This document shows, piece by piece, positions 38,632-52,888 of a DNA stretch of 64,000 nt. The notes under the pieces are model-generated. The model was not told the origin of the DNA, made no database searches, and worked only from the letters and a program-made list of their open reading frames with translations. The position numbers and the translations under genes were made by a program. Location of the stretch: NCBI GenBank assembly GCA_030248215.1, contig JASANG010002509.1, positions 496,001-560,000 of the forward strand, written 5' to 3'. Within the stretch, counting starts at the first letter, position 1, and every line of letters starts with the position of its first letter. This DNA is from Enoplolaimus lenunculus (lineage: Eukaryota).

Positions 38632-38843
38632 CACTGTAAAAAATGGTGAGTCAAATTGACTGTCTCCGAAATAAGCTCTACAGGACTACACAAACTGAGT
38701 CGAATTCCACTCCACCAGAGTCAAAAGTGCGCCTTAGTGAGTCGAATTTGACTCTAACAGAGTCGAATTGGGACTCAGAATGTGTAGAGTCCCGTAGAGC
38801 CTATTTCGAAGAGAGTCAATTTGGCTCACCACTTTTTGCATTG
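38632..38843. mobile_element. Palindromic CACTG MITE
   Basis: Same family as 50514-50722. Confidence 0.78.
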
Positions 38844-39631
38844 TATAAGTTGTTCGTGAATTTGCAAAACGCTCGCGACACTATACGCACTACGGTGTTT
38901 ATATTTTACGAACAAAATGAAATCCGAAATAAAATAATAATAGTTTTTGACTTTTGTCTTTCTGAGTGTGTGACAAGTACACTGCAAAAATTGGTTAGTT
39001 AAATTGATTCTCTCCGAAATAGGCTTTTCCAGACTACACAAACTGAGTCAAAATTCGACTCCAAGCCCAAATATAAGCCTAACCCTGAGCGTACGAATGA
39101 ATATATTCCCAGAAATTCGGATATGGTCGTGTTTTACAAAATCGATATATATGTCCATCAAATTAGTACCATTGTTTGGTCGAAGTTTTAGTCTGAATCA
39201 TTTTCGTAAATATTCATTTATTTAATGATATTTGCTAACCGTTGAGTACCGCTCCTACCGAAAACAATAATTAAACTTCTGGTCAAACAGTTGTAAAAAA
39301 TTTGAATTTTTAACTTAAATTTTTGTGAATTCAAATTTTTAAATATTATCAAAGTTAAATTTAGACAGATGTTTGCGGCTCGCGTTTCAGCCGACAGTTT
39401 ATGATAACAAATAAGGTCAAATCGTTTGAATCTCAGTTGGAAACAATAGATTGACTATCAATAAAACATTAACGGCCAACCGGAAGCGTAAAACATCGGA
39501 TACGGAAGGTCCACAAAATTTGTTGCAGCCGGATTCGCATCCGTAGGGAGGGGCACAATTAACGCAGAAAAGCTATTGTAGAATATGCAAAATTTCCGCT
39601 GTGAAACACTGTCAACTCAATGAACACCGCT

Positions 39632-39737
39632 GCTTAGACTTAGGCTTAGGCTTAGGCTTAGGCTTAGGCTTAGGCTTAGGCTTAGACTTAGGCTTAGGCT
39701 TAGGCTTAGGCTTAGGCTTATGCTTATGCTTAGGCTT
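39632..39737 (+). repeat. Interstitial telomeric tract (TTAGGC)~17
   Basis: Near-pure GCTTAG hexamers with no MITE termini; flanked by a 28-bp direct repeat. Confidence 0.95.
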
Positions 39738-40354
39738 ACACCGTCCACTCAATGAACTCCGCTGCATTCATAAACAATATAAGTAGGTAATAATTGTCGT
39801 CGCCGACAACGCTCAAACCTTCGGTTAAAGTTGAAATAGATTTTCTGTCGGAGCAAGGGTCAGACATCCGGTTCTACAATTTCTTTGTTTATGTCGACAC
39901 TAAACAAGTCATTGTTAAAGTAGAAAAAGGCTGGAAAAGCTATTATTTTGTTTTTGTGATGGGTTTTCTATGCATATCTACAGTTATACGATCCACCAAC
40001 TGTGATTACGTTTCAGGATCGGATAAAGAGGTTTAGCGGCTACTGGTTAATCCAACTTCGGACGTTTCAACCGTATAAACGTTACAATAATCATTCGCTT
40101 ATATTCAATATTTCTTACCTTTTTATTCAGTATGTACAGTGTATCTCAACCAGCGAACACCACTCAAATTCTTTTCAGATTCAACCTTGTGTATACCGGC
40201 TAATAGCCATCTCACTTTGCTACGGGGGTACAAACTTTTCAGGAGGAACATACAAGGGTTTTCGATAACTTACAAGCAACGTCGAAATGTTGCTCCAAAA
40301 ATTCTTCTATGCGGGCTGAGCCCCCATTGACCCGCCTCCGACTACGGGTTCGTG

Positions 40355-40543
40355 GGCCCATGTTACTTTAAGTGGCGTCCAGGTTTCTGGTGGGTCTATA
40401 AAAGAGTAGGGTTTAGGTTCTAGATTACATTTTTTTGGCTTAGGCTTAGGCTTAGGCTTAGGAACACATTATTGCAACGCTTACGCTTAGGCTTAGAGAA
40501 ATACGCTTAATCTGCTGTTACGCCCCTAACAGTAACATTGGCC
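40355..40543. mobile_element. Telomere-repeat MITE, second subfamily
   Basis: TIR ggcc(c/a)atgttact; TSD ggttcgtg/ggctcgtg. Confidence 0.82.
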
Positions 40544-41118
40544 GGCTCGTGTGTAAAGTCCAAAAAAATTGAAACAACATTACTCAAAAGTCAACACAGA
40601 AGTATTTTAGCATCACATGTCAAGTAGCGAAATATGCTGAAACTTTAATACTTACCAATTTTCAATATTCTACTATTTTTTCGTTCTGCTCAATTTCACA
40701 TCGGATGTTTGCCAATGAGTCTGCCGGCTATAAACCACATCAGCTTCAAAGTTTGAAATTCCACACGAGTGGCTAAAAATTGCTTGTAAACGCTAAATCA
40801 ATTACCGTTAAGCTATTTTTGGCCACTGGGTGTTGGTTAAAATTGTAAATTTGATAACAAACTACGTTGGCCAAAAACAAGTGAATACGGCGTTCCGGTG
40901 TCACCAGTGCTTGTGCCTAAGTTCAAACTTAACACTTGGCCAATTAGTATTAATGTGTCATTGAGCTTAGATTGGGGGTTCATAAACGCAATTTTAGTAT
41001 GTTAAATTTTACAGCAAAGTTTTGTTTTCAAAATCCAGCGGTGACCTTTGTTCAAATCTTCTAATTGCGCCGTTTTACTACTTTTTAAAACGTAATTCTG
41101 AATTAACTGTATCTATGG

Positions 41119-41794
41119 TTGCGGGGTTCACGTTATAACCGCGGCAGCCGGGACACGGTTTGTCCCATGTTGATTTTGCGTCAACGTGAAAATTCGGGCT
41201 CTTATATCGGGTCAACAGACAAAGGTTGAACATCATATGACATTTACTTACAAACCACCACTCTCAGATCAATGTGTACAAGAATCGGTATGTCACGTGA
41301 TACTGTGGGACATTTATGCGAATATCATTTGATATTCCAAAATTTCAACGAATATCTTATGATTTTTTCGGGACAGTGTAACCTTTGGGTACTAATAAAT
41401 GAACGAAAAGTTGGACGGCGGCGTCATAAATGCGCTTTAAATACCAAGTACACGTCAGCAATTCGTTTCCGACACAAAATCGATTTGAGCCACAGATGCA
41501 GAATTTAAAAATTCAAATTTCAACTTCTAGTACAATATGATATTCAACAGGATAATTCGGATATGTTACTTCAAATATGCAGACATTTGAAAATATATCA
41601 TATGATATTCGCAGACAATACCTCGAAAATCATCTGATATTGAAGAACAATAGGTGACCCACACATGTTAATAGCGGACAAATACAAATTTTTGAATATG
41701 ATACAGCGTTTATAAGCAGACAAAATGTTACGCAATAGTCCAATAGGAACAAAACGTGTCCCAAGCTGCCCCGGTTATAACGTGAACCCCGCAA
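41119..41794. mobile_element. Non-autonomous TIR element (~45-bp TIR)
   Basis: ttgcggggttcacgttataaccgcggcagc ... gctgccccggttataacgtgaaccccgcaa. Confidence 0.72.
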
Positions 41795-43108
41795 TAGTCA
41801 GAGTGAAATATATTATTTTTCACCAATAATAAAAGCGCCTCTAATCAAGAAATTTTTAGCAAATTTGCAAAAATAAAATGTAAAGTTACTGCGTGGCACC
41901 GGCATTTTTTACAGTATACTAATACCTTATGCTATAGTTACTGCGCGACTTTGTTCTTCCGGATCCGGTGATAGGGCGAAAACTCGTTGTCTATTCCCGG
42001 ATTCAAGTAAACCTTGTTGATTATATTTCCCAAAAAAAGTTTAAAACTGTTCAAACTTTATTTCCACAACCAAAATTTAGGCTTATGCGTTGATCCTTCA
42101 AATTAGCAACATTTCCATTGTTATAAAAATAATAAAAATATGGTTGAGAAAGCATTTCTTAGTAGTTTTTTTCAAAAATTCGTAGTCACGTGTAAAAGGC
42201 TGACCGCAACACAAAATCGTACCGTTTGACGCGTGTCAAACAACGCGTTTTCATACCATAAACTTGAAACACAGAACAAGCAAACAGTTTTCACAAAAGC
42301 GTCAAATGATATTTTCCGACTGACTGGAGGTAAAAGCGAAAATTTAATTTGACCGGCTATTCGTAGCCAAACTTTCGGTTTTCAAACACCAAAACAATCG
42401 AAACCATTGCATGAAACGTTTTGAGACGTTCTGACATCAGGATTGCTGCACGTGGTATTCTCTGTTAGCCTACTATCTATTTTCGACTAACATTTTAGTG
42501 AAACGAAATATTGCATAACATCAAATTGTACATAATACCGAATATTGCGGTAATTTTGCGATTTTATGCAATATTTCCGTTTACATAACGAATTAATTCA
42601 AATAGTAGCGTTCATAATACTGCTGAACACTATGACCCGCAAGTTTTTTGAGTCAGATGCGTATCAACAAACTTCATGCAAGGTTTTGGCAGCTTTGAAT
42701 GTTAAAACCGCACGTTTGGAGCCGAACAGGGTTGCCGATGTCAATGTTATATAGAGTAAACCCCTTAAATTAAATTATTTAGTTGTGCAATGTCTGTCTG
42801 TATTTGCGCTGCAAATGCAATCTTATGCAATCGGATGCAAATTCTGTCTTACACACGCACACGACTGAAACTGATTTCTTAGAATCTTCAGTTTTCTATT
42901 TTCCAAAAAATTAGGGTTGCTCTATAATCGACGCACCGCACCGCATCCGCCGCAACCGGAATTTTCTTCTTGCGGTGATATAGCGCCGTATGGCAGCGTC
43001 GTACGGTGGCACGCAACGGAGCGCGGCATACAAAAGTATATCGCAATCGTTACAGTGTTGAGTGTTGGTTGTTAATTCTTTTACTACTGCGAAATTTGTC
43101 ATATTTTG

Positions 43109-43386
43109 AGCCATGCAAAGATCAGGGGCGGAACGTTTTTCTGTGAGAATAGAAAAGAGCAAGCTTAAGCTTTAGACTAAATGTTTTGCTTGGCTTAGGC
43201 TTAGGCTTAGGCTTAGAAATATGCTCTTTCTTACGCTTTTACGCTCAGGCTTAATAGGCTTAGGCTTAAAAATATACTCATTTTTACGCTTAGGCTTAGG
43301 CTTAGAAATATACTCATTCTTACGCTTAGGCTTAGGCTTAGGAATATGCGTATAATACTGTTCCGTCCCTGTTCTTTACATTGGCC
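43109..43386. mobile_element. Telomere-repeat MITE
   Basis: Family TIRs, several internal repeat blocks. Confidence 0.82.
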
Positions 43387-45320
43387 GTCATTTGCAATTA
43401 ATTTTGGCTGGTAAAAACAACATTAGTGTCACCGTAATATACAAAATATTAACACAACTTGTACAAACTCCGGTTCTAACTGGCAGGGTCGTTAGCCTGA
43501 ATAATACACCTGGCTGTTAATTTTGGAATTGGTAAAAAATTAATGTTTACATCGCAGTGTAATAACCGTTTTTAAGTTTAGACGAATTTGCAAATAATAT
43601 ATATTAATTCGCTTTGGTGTAAGAATTAATCTTTACGCATAGAAGTGGTTATAGGTTTTAAGCACACAGTAATGGGTGCGCTATACGTGTCTTGAGGCAC
43701 CGTCTGGGACCGTATGCCGGTGTCCGTCAGCGTTCGTCACAGTATGGTATCGTACGCGAGTAATTAGCATACGATATCGCATAGTGACTGACGCTAACGC
43801 ACAACGACAGACATTTACTGCCGATTCAGGATAATGTTTACCTTTACTGTTGTTTCATTAGTACTATAAATTCGCTGATTTCATACAAAGACACTAAAAA
43901 ATCATGCTCATTTCGGGCCCGTAGCCAACTGGGGGACAGGGAGGCTCAGTCCGCCCCCTGGAAAAATTTTGGCCATCCTAAAAAATTATCGCCCTTGCTT
44001 GTAAGTCAACGAAAACCCTTATAGGCCCTTGCTGAAAATTTTTCAGCCCCCTAGCACGGTGAGCTGGCTACGGGCTTGGCTCACTTAACCTAAAAAAACG
44101 GTGCTAAAAATCCAATTAGGACGTTGCCTATTAGAAAACACTAAATAAACGCAACGTTTGCCTAAATTCATCTTTTTAATGAGTTTTTTGCTAACCTATA
44201 CTGTAGTGACCCCAACAAGAGGGGAGTAATATAATTTGGCCACTCCAGAGGATACCCCCTGTTATTCGGTTACGGACTCGTTCGTTACTGAGATATATTC
44301 GGTATTGCAACTATCCGTTGAATTAAACATTTATTTGTCACGTATCAAAACTTGGCCGATAATGCAAGGTTATACTTAAGGATGTACTTTTACAATTAAG
44401 TATGCTTTAAAGTTACAAACTCAACTGTGTTTGGTGCTGCAGTCATTTATGCACTACAATTGGGATAGTAGCCACTTATGGACTCCAATTAGGGTTTTTA
44501 GCGATTCTATCCACTAGGCACCGTCTTATTGAATACTCGCTAACAATCAGCTCGATCAGAAGCAATGATTTCGGTGGCTTTTTTGCCCTGAACACGACGA
44601 ATCGAAACTTTTAAGGTACACTTACACTTATAGTATTAAATCAAAACTGTACGCTCAAACGTACTGTAAAATATTGAAGCGTTAAGTGTAACTTAAATTT
44701 AGATATAATTTGGCCAGCAGTACGCAACTGGTTAAATATATGCAATCTTAACGATACGTTTATGCTAGAATTCGAATTAGGACCTCGAGGGTCAGACGCG
44801 TTTATTAACATCCAGCTGCCGAATCAGGTCTGGATTAAGGTGATGGGAGACCCAGCGCACTTATGACTCGCAGGCTAACTTAATGACCATAATTATTTTA
44901 TATAACAGAGCTTACGGGACGCTCGAGCCCATGAGAGTTTTCACGTCTTGTGGTGGTTTTGTACTACGTATACCTGTAATGAACAAGCAGTTCGCATTGT
45001 TTCGTGCATACACAGCTTGCGCTAAGTTGCTAATTGTCTAGTCTATGCGAGAAAAGGTTTTACTTAATGGCCTAGTACGGACGCTGTAGTCAAATATACC
45101 CTTTTCTGCATCTACACTGTTCAAAGAGTTTTCTGCTCATAAATAGCACCACGCAAGTCACGGGTTCGTTCATCGGAAATTATCGGTCTGCTATTCATTG
45201 ATGCTTTTCATCTGATGAAGAAAAGTTTTAATTTAAAGACAACGCAACTGAAGATATAGCGCGTTTGCCGTTTCAAAAAAATAATAGCATTTTGCTGTGA
45301 AGATTCACTCTGATAGTGAG

Positions 45321-45674
45321 CAGGGTGCAACCGGAGGTGTAAATACCGAAACCGGAGCCGGAAGTCAACGAAACTTGCCGGACCCGGAGGTGAAACGAAA
45401 TTGGGTAGTAACGATGATGGTTAACTAGTTAATTTTAGCATAATATTTGCAATATGTAGCTAAGTTGTTTGGTTTTACGCTAATTTTCTACGAAATTTTA
45501 GGATATACTTTCGTGAAAATTGTGAAACGCGCTAAACCGATAAATTGTGCAAAATTGCGCAGAATTCTACTAACGAAGTTGCGGAACCTCCGGCAAAAAT
45601 TTAACCGGAGCCGGAGCCGGAGAACGATTTTATGCGGGAACCGGAACCGGAGGCAGACCTCCGGTCGTACCTTG
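45321..45674. mobile_element. hAT-like MITE (same TIR family)
   Basis: cagggtgcaaccgg...ccggtcgtaccttg; homologous to 62664-63024. Confidence 0.8.
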
Positions 45675-47534
45675 ACAGTCAGTGGCGGTTTTATATTCCG
45701 TTCCAGAATACAAAACACAATGTTGAGAAGGTCATTTAGGCATCCGCTTTTCAAGTGACCCCGTAAATGTCAAAGTCGCAGAGGCAGATCCAGAAACTCC
45801 TTAGCGGGTTCCGTTGCGATATGAAAATAACTCGTAAGCGAAACGAATGAGTCGCTGAACAGTGCAAAGTATACACAGTCGAGTTTGACATTCAAATTGT
45901 TGTTGTATGCTTTAAAATGTGATGCCAAACTTTAACCCATTTATCAAACGAACCGAAGCAAATATGGTACGACAAAAACCAGGTTGACATCTCTGCTTTC
46001 ATACCGGTTGGGCGTCTACGGTATTTTAGATTTGTATCTTTTTAAAATTTAATTAACCAAATTGAACTCTGGTGTTTAAAATGCTACGAACAAAAACTCA
46101 ATTGAATCCGGCCGTCGCTTTCCTGACAGACTGTTCGGGTCGTATTAATAAAAATGAACAGGTCAAAAATTTGTATAGTTTAAGACCAAATATCCACATA
46201 TATTTATAGAACAGATCAAAAGAATATTTTTTGTTTGCGGATTTCCAAATTCGACCATACACACAGTAAAAACAGTGAGTCAAATGGACTCTCTTCGAAA
46301 TAGGCTTTTCCTGACTACACAATCTGCGTCAAATTCGACTCCGCCAGAGTCAAATTCGACTCACAGAGCGATTCAGTGAATCGAATTTGCTCAGCCTTCG
46401 ATTGACAAGTTGCAAAAAACGGCATACACGAACGTTAACATTTCAGAAACATAGGTCCATATTAAACTCTAAATGTTTTTGTATTTTTCTGCCAAAACAA
46501 CTTAAATTTGCGCATATTCAACGCAGATTTTGAACTTTTATGAAAAATAACGAATTTACTCAAAATTTTTTACTGTTTCCGATGGTTCACAACCAATTAT
46601 GAGCAGAAAAATAATACAATTTTCGGTATTTCTATAACAGAAATGAAAACTGACACTGCTTTACCGGATATGGACATCCGGTTACGCAATGAAATAATCG
46701 TTTATAACAATATACGTTTTGTGTTTTCGTTCAGCGTAATAGATTTATATATCAATATACACATATATACATATATAACTTTATATACATATATATATAA
46801 TGAGAATTGTATCATTATATTTCGTATAAGCCACCCTCATTATGCCAACGAAAATTGTGCATGACTACCAAAATCAAACGGATCCGCTCAAATTTTCACA
46901 CGACCCCATAAACTCACGTTTTTCGTACGCCTACAAATCAACATCTTACAGGGTTTTAAAAGAGCATTTATGAAAATATTTAACTAACACAGTGTGAGGG
47001 CATAGAGAACGCATTGTCTCGATCGGTGTTGAACCAAAAATTTGCTTAGGGTTTAAAATATATCGCTGATTGGTATCAAATTTGGGTTGTATGAAACGCC
47101 TGCAATCATATGACGAGTGTTCGCCAATAAAAAACAATTCTTTCTTGTTCGTTATTAACGAAAATGTTAGCTAAGAAACCTGTTTATTCAGCAAACTAAT
47201 TGGCTGACGGAACTTTTACTAAAGTGGAAATACTTTATAACCGGATGTACCCAAATATAGAAATTTTTTGCTATAACCGAAGGTAAGCACCATGGTTCGT
47301 ATTGCAATGTGTTGAAATATACTTAGCCACCGCGTGCTCGATAAAAAGGGTTGCGTTCAGAAGAACGTACAACTTGAAGTTCAGATTTGTAGCAGTAATA
47401 AATCCCTGAGCTCTTAAAACAGCACACATTTGTCAAAATGTAAAACTAAATTCTTAAAAATGCGAAATCGCAGTTTTAAATTGTAAGCACTTCGTTGTTA
47501 AAGTGCTAAAATATTTGTTCATGGTTCAAACAAG

Positions 47535-47689
47535 GGCCAATGTTAAGAATAGGGGCGGAACAGTATTATAAGCCTATTCCTAAGCCTAAGCCTACGCCTA
47601 AACCAGGCAAAAAATTAGTCTAAAGCTTAAGCTTATACTTTTCTAGTCCCACCAGAACAACGTTCCACCCCCTGATCTTTACCTGGGCC
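47535..47689. mobile_element. Telomere-repeat MITE
   Basis: Perfect 8-bp TSD caaacaag (47527-47534 / 47690-47697). Confidence 0.9.
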
Positions 47690-49249
47690 CAAACAAGTCA
47701 CCGGTGCCAAGATTTGAAATTTAGCGACTCGCAACTCCCAGCGGACGAATTAAATTTAAAAAATGCCTGTCGTAGCGCTGTATTTGGTATACTGTCAGTG
47801 GAAGATAAATGTATTTTCAGTAACTTCTCTTGCCAAGCAAAGTTTTTCCACCCTCGAGACATAAAGATTTACTCAATACACCTGGTAAAAGGAAGTCTTG
47901 CGTTCAGTATAATTCGGTTAAATGTCTGGTTTATAAAACGGCAAAATATGGCAATTAATTTAAAATTAGACCAGAGCCCACATTATCAAATGTGTATAGT
48001 GCCTACCACCAGTTTAGTGATCAGGTTTCAAACTCATTAACTCCTGTGTTACGCATCTCAAACTAGACACATAAGTAAATTAAATCTGGTAAACGTATTA
48101 TTAATTACAACGAAATCTACTTGATTAATAAAAATATTAGAGTGCTAAATCACTGCAAAGGTCTATGAACCATATCAACAACAATTGTGGAACGGTTTTC
48201 AGGAACACAGTTCACCAGGTTTCGCTTTTTCAGCTTCCCATAGCGTTCCAAACATTATAGGCCTTATGTCGTGGTATTTCTTCTTTAAAAGCGTTCAATT
48301 TAACCAACGCCAAACGAAACCCGACGCGGTTAGCTCCTTCAAAACACAGCCATAGACTAAATTATCGAATTTAGAACAATAAAGTTTTACCACCGCCGGC
48401 TTTAAGCAGTATCTGCTATCTATGTTTTTTTCTCTGAATATTCAGTAGTTTTCAAACAACTGCAAGTGTTGAACACATTTTACGCTTTTGATTGCCGTTT
48501 TAGGGACAAGTATTGATAAAATAAAACCAATAGCAAACTCAACAAAATGCTCATAAAACAAAAATCGTCAACACGAAGGCATCTATGTTTAGCTAAAGCG
48601 GCCAGACCGAACTACCGCGAGACTACAATAGAGTAAGTGTAGCTTTAGGCTAATTTTTTTTGCTAAGGCTTATCAATAGGCTTAGGCCTAATCAATGATA
48701 GGTTCATCTTGACATTGGGGCTTTAGTAGTATCAGGGTAAGTCTTAGGCTTAGGATTTTGCGTTTGTTTACCTAACTACTACCATTACGACCGTCATTAG
48801 TTGCCTAATAAACAAATTTGCTGCGCAATATTGAGACAGTAACCGTCACGCGATTATATGAACCTAAACTCAAATTTCCTTATGATTTTAAATCTATTAA
48901 ATTTAAAAAAATTTAAACAATCTTAACCGCAGAAATTATCGTTAACTTTTCTGCCAATATACCTATTTACTGTCGTAGACGAGATATTACGCAGTTTGAA
49001 AGTGGTCATTTATTTGCGTTTTAATTTGCTAAAAAAGTCTAAAAGTATATTTCCAATCCAACAAGCACCTTAAATATTGTACCAACTTGAGTTAAACTCT
49101 GGTTAAAAATAAGCTAAAAGTGAATCACGCAATATTTGTCGCCAGCAAAAACAACTATAAAACTTATGCGTAGTAGTTTTCAAACCATTTAAAAGTGTTC
49201 ACGCATAAATTTAAACACCTGTGTGAATTATAAGCGCCAGCCAACTATA

Positions 49250-50132
49250 AACTAAAGCCAAAGTTTAAGCCTAACCGCGTACACCGTAGCATAAGTCTAA
49301 ACAAGAACCTAATCCTGATCCTAAACCTACTGGTCTAACAAATCCGGTCTATGCATTTTCCAATTATCAACCCACTGGTAATTAACATGAACCGAAACTC
49401 CAGGTTTAAGCCTAACCGTACACCGTAGCATAAGCCTAAACAAGAACCTAATCCTGATCCTAAACCTACTGGTTTAAAAAACGCAATCTCTCTGCATTTT
49501 CCAGTTATCAGCCCCAATTATCAACTCACTGGTAATTAACATGAACCGAAACTCCAGGTTTAAGCCTAACCGTACACCGTAGCATAAGCCTAAACAAGAA
49601 CCTAATTCTGATCCTAAACCTACTGGTTTAAAAAACGCAGTCTCTCTGCATTTTCCAGTTATCAGCCCCAATTATCAACCCACTGGTAATTAACATGAAC
49701 CGAAACTCCAGGTTTAAGCCTAACCGTACACCGTAGCATAAGCCTAAACAAGAACCTAATCCTGATCCTAAACCTACTGGTTTAAAAAAACGCAGTCTCT
49801 CTGCATTTTCCAGTTATCAGCCCCAATTATCAACCCACTGGTAATTAACATGAACCGAAACTCCAGGTTTAAGCCTAACCGTACACCGTAGCATAAGCCT
49901 AAACAAGAACCTAATCCTGATCCTAAACCTACTGGTTTAAAAAAACGCAGTCTCTCTGCATTTTCCAGTTATCAGCCCCCTGGTATTTAACATGAGCCGA
50001 AAGCCCAAGTTTAAGCCTGAAAGTACACGATAACATAAGTCTAACCAATAACCTAATCCTGATCCTAAACCTACTGGTCTAAGAAACCCGGTAACCTACT
50101 GGTCTAACAAATCCGGTCTCTAAGCGTTTTCC
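49250..50132. repeat. 154-bp tandem minisatellite, ~5.5 copies
   Basis: aattatcaac recurs at 49362, 49516, 49670, 49825; central units are nearly identical. Confidence 0.92.
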
Positions 50133-50513
50133 AGTGCGGACATCCTCTTGATACTTAACACAAGCCGATCGAACAAACTAATTTCAAAGGATTATTGACT
50201 ATCATAAAGCAGTTATTAAAGCCTATTTTAATAAACGCTGCATGTACCATTGTTTAAAATCGTTTTAAGCTTCAGCGCTTAAAAAACAATAAAAGTATAA
50301 TTATCTCAAAGCATAGAGTTGTATGGTTCGGTGCTTAATATTAATTTATTAATGAATACCATCATTGAAAATTTGAACAAATTGAAATGAAATACACGAA
50401 GCATTCAGAGACCAAACTGCATTTAAATTGTAATTATTTTACAACAATCGGTGGTATAAATTCGCTAAACAATAACAATCGAGTTATGATTGTTTACCAA
50501 ACATTTTTAGGTA

Positions 50514-50722
50514 CACTGTAAAAAACGGTGAGTCAAATTGACTGCCTCCGAAATACGCTCTACGGGACTGCACAAACTGAGTCAAATTTCACTCCGCCAG
50601 AGTCAAACGTGCGACTGAGTGAGTCGAATTTCACTCTGACGGAATCGAATTTGACTCAGTTTGTGTAGTCCGGAAAAGTCTATTTCGGAAAGAGTCAATT
50701 TGACTGACCATTTTTTGCAGTG
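50514..50722. mobile_element. Palindromic MITE, CACTG termini, TA TSD (CMC/EnSpm-like by termini)
   Basis: ta-cactgtaaaaaacggtgagtcaaattgac ... gtcaatttgactgaccattttttgcagtg-ta; other copies at 30122-30330, 36851-37059, 38632-38843; partials at ~30483, ~38981, ~46262. Confidence 0.82.
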
Positions 50723-52065
50723 TATAATTACGATGTACCAAATCTCATGGATCCGTATCACACGGGGATGGAACCGGGCTACTAGTCGGTACTCTATCTT
50801 TCATTGGACGCCCACGTAAATACCGTTATGCATAGAAATGTTGGAAACCTTTTACGACCCGCGAGCATCGACCATAAGATTTTATCAGAAAATCACCTGT
50901 ATAAGACAAATGCCACCTTATCGAACTTAGCCTTGCCGCTGCTAAATATATACATGACACTTGAGTACAAGTTTATCGATTTGTTATTGCATTGTATAGT
51001 AATTCTTTGTATTTGAGCCAGTGCTATAAAAGTTTAAGTACTCTAGGCTTTGTTGGTTTTCAAAAGTAGACAAAATTTAATTAATAGTAACTATACACAA
51101 CACCGCCCGCGCCATATAATGTTTTAGACAACAGTAAAAACACGAACACACTTAAATTAGGTAAAAGTGTCCGTTACAAGGACATACTGAGGATATGTTA
51201 TCAAATTTTGTCTAATGGGTACAAAAAGGGTCAGTTACTTTCAGGAAAAATATACCTAAAATCGAGAAAATACGGTTTTTCCGCTTTTTTTCTGAAAACT
51301 GAAAACCCCAAAAAAATTGGAAAATATCTCATCATGCTTCAACAAATCAAGTGATGTTCAACGGATGCTAAATCTGGTGCAAGTCTGATACTAAGTACTA
51401 AAACTCATGACTATTTTACTATTTATATCAAGATCTGACACAAGATGATAAACATAGGGCAACCACTACAACAGTGTCAGATTTTAAAAAACGTTGCATC
51501 TGCTAACAAGCAGGGTATACAAACCTGTGGGTTGGTACTGCTAGACTGATTTGTAGTGTCATTGTCACAATCAAAAGTTTCACTCAAAATGTACGTTATA
51601 CTACAGCATGGGAATGTTAAATCAAACAAAGCCAACAAAATTAAATACAATGCATACAGATATACAGCAATTATTTTTCGAAACAACGAATGGGAGACAG
51701 CAGCAAAAACAACTCGATAAATGAAACCTCAGTTGACGCAACACAAATTACGACTGTTTCTAGTTCCGATCCGCCATCGCTACAATGAATACAAGCAACA
51801 CTTCTTAGTTTTCGGCGACTTTTTGTTGCTGTTATGCAAGTTATTTGCTGAAATTGATATGTTTTTTAATGTTTCCGTTTTTTCATTTTTTCAACCCCTT
51901 GGCAAAAAACAGCAGCATAAAACAACTTCATTTCACAAAATAAAATGAATGTCGACAGGATGGATAGTGTTAACCCTTATTTTCGTCGAAAAGTTCTAAC
52001 TATTACTGCATGCTGGTTCGTTTTGTCGCTATTACAATAGCGGGCAAAATTTTCAGCTATGACAA

Positions 52066-52278
52066 ATGGGACAGATGGGACAGATATGACAGTTGGACAG
52101 TCGGGACAGTTGGAACAGATGGCACGGTTGGGACAGATGGGACAGTTGGGACAATTGGACAGATTGGACAATTGGGACAGTTGGGACACTTGGGACATAT
52201 GTGAGAATTGGGACAATGGGGACAGTTGGACAATGGGGAGTTGGGACAATGGGGACAGTTGGGACACTTGGGACAGTG
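52066..52278. repeat. G-rich ~10-bp tandem repeat (TGGGACAGT/TGGGACAAT)
   Basis: About 20 degenerate GG(G)ACA units. Confidence 0.88.
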
Positions 52279-52888
52279 GAAACCAGTGGGGTAGATATGA
52301 CGGCAGGTAAACAAGAAGTGTCTATATGTATATACATATATACGTATATACACATATATGCATTCATACACATATATATCCTACGTTAATATATCTGCCG
52401 GTGCATATGTAAACAGGAGCGCATAAAGTGTGCACTCCAGGTATATTTCTGACCCGGGAAATTGGGACGGCCTTTAGTAACATGGGCCGAATGTCATATG
52501 ATACTAAAATTAGAAATTTGAATTATTCCTCTTTCGCCAGAAACAAAAACGCCAAAGCTAATTCAGTTTTCGAAGTTATTTAATGCATTACTGCTTCTGG
52601 AATATCTTAGGATATTCAAATATAAATGTCCAGCGGCATCATATGACAAGTGGATATATGTATACGATGGTCGCATGAGATCTGTGATTTGTAAGCCAAT
52701 ATCATGTGACATTTACATTTTTCGTATTAAAGTACTCGCTAGCAAAATTACCTGTTAGTAGTGGCGGATTTAAAAATTTTTGACGGGGCGACGAGGCGGC
52801 TGGCTGGCAAATGTTATGAAACGAAAAAATTAATAGGGTAGAAACCTTATCATTTTATCACTAAAAATTTTCTGAGTGCTAAAACTTG

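Noticed and set aside
39632..39737. True chromosome end or proof of programmed DNA elimination
   Set aside because: The tract is only ~100 bp with ordinary sequence on both sides; elimination cannot be inferred without germline/soma read data.
51977..52389. Cys/Pro-rich and Trp/Asp-rich ORFs resembling metallothionein or collagen-like proteins
   Set aside because: Several frames are open only because of the GGGACA tandem repeat; no splice or domain support.
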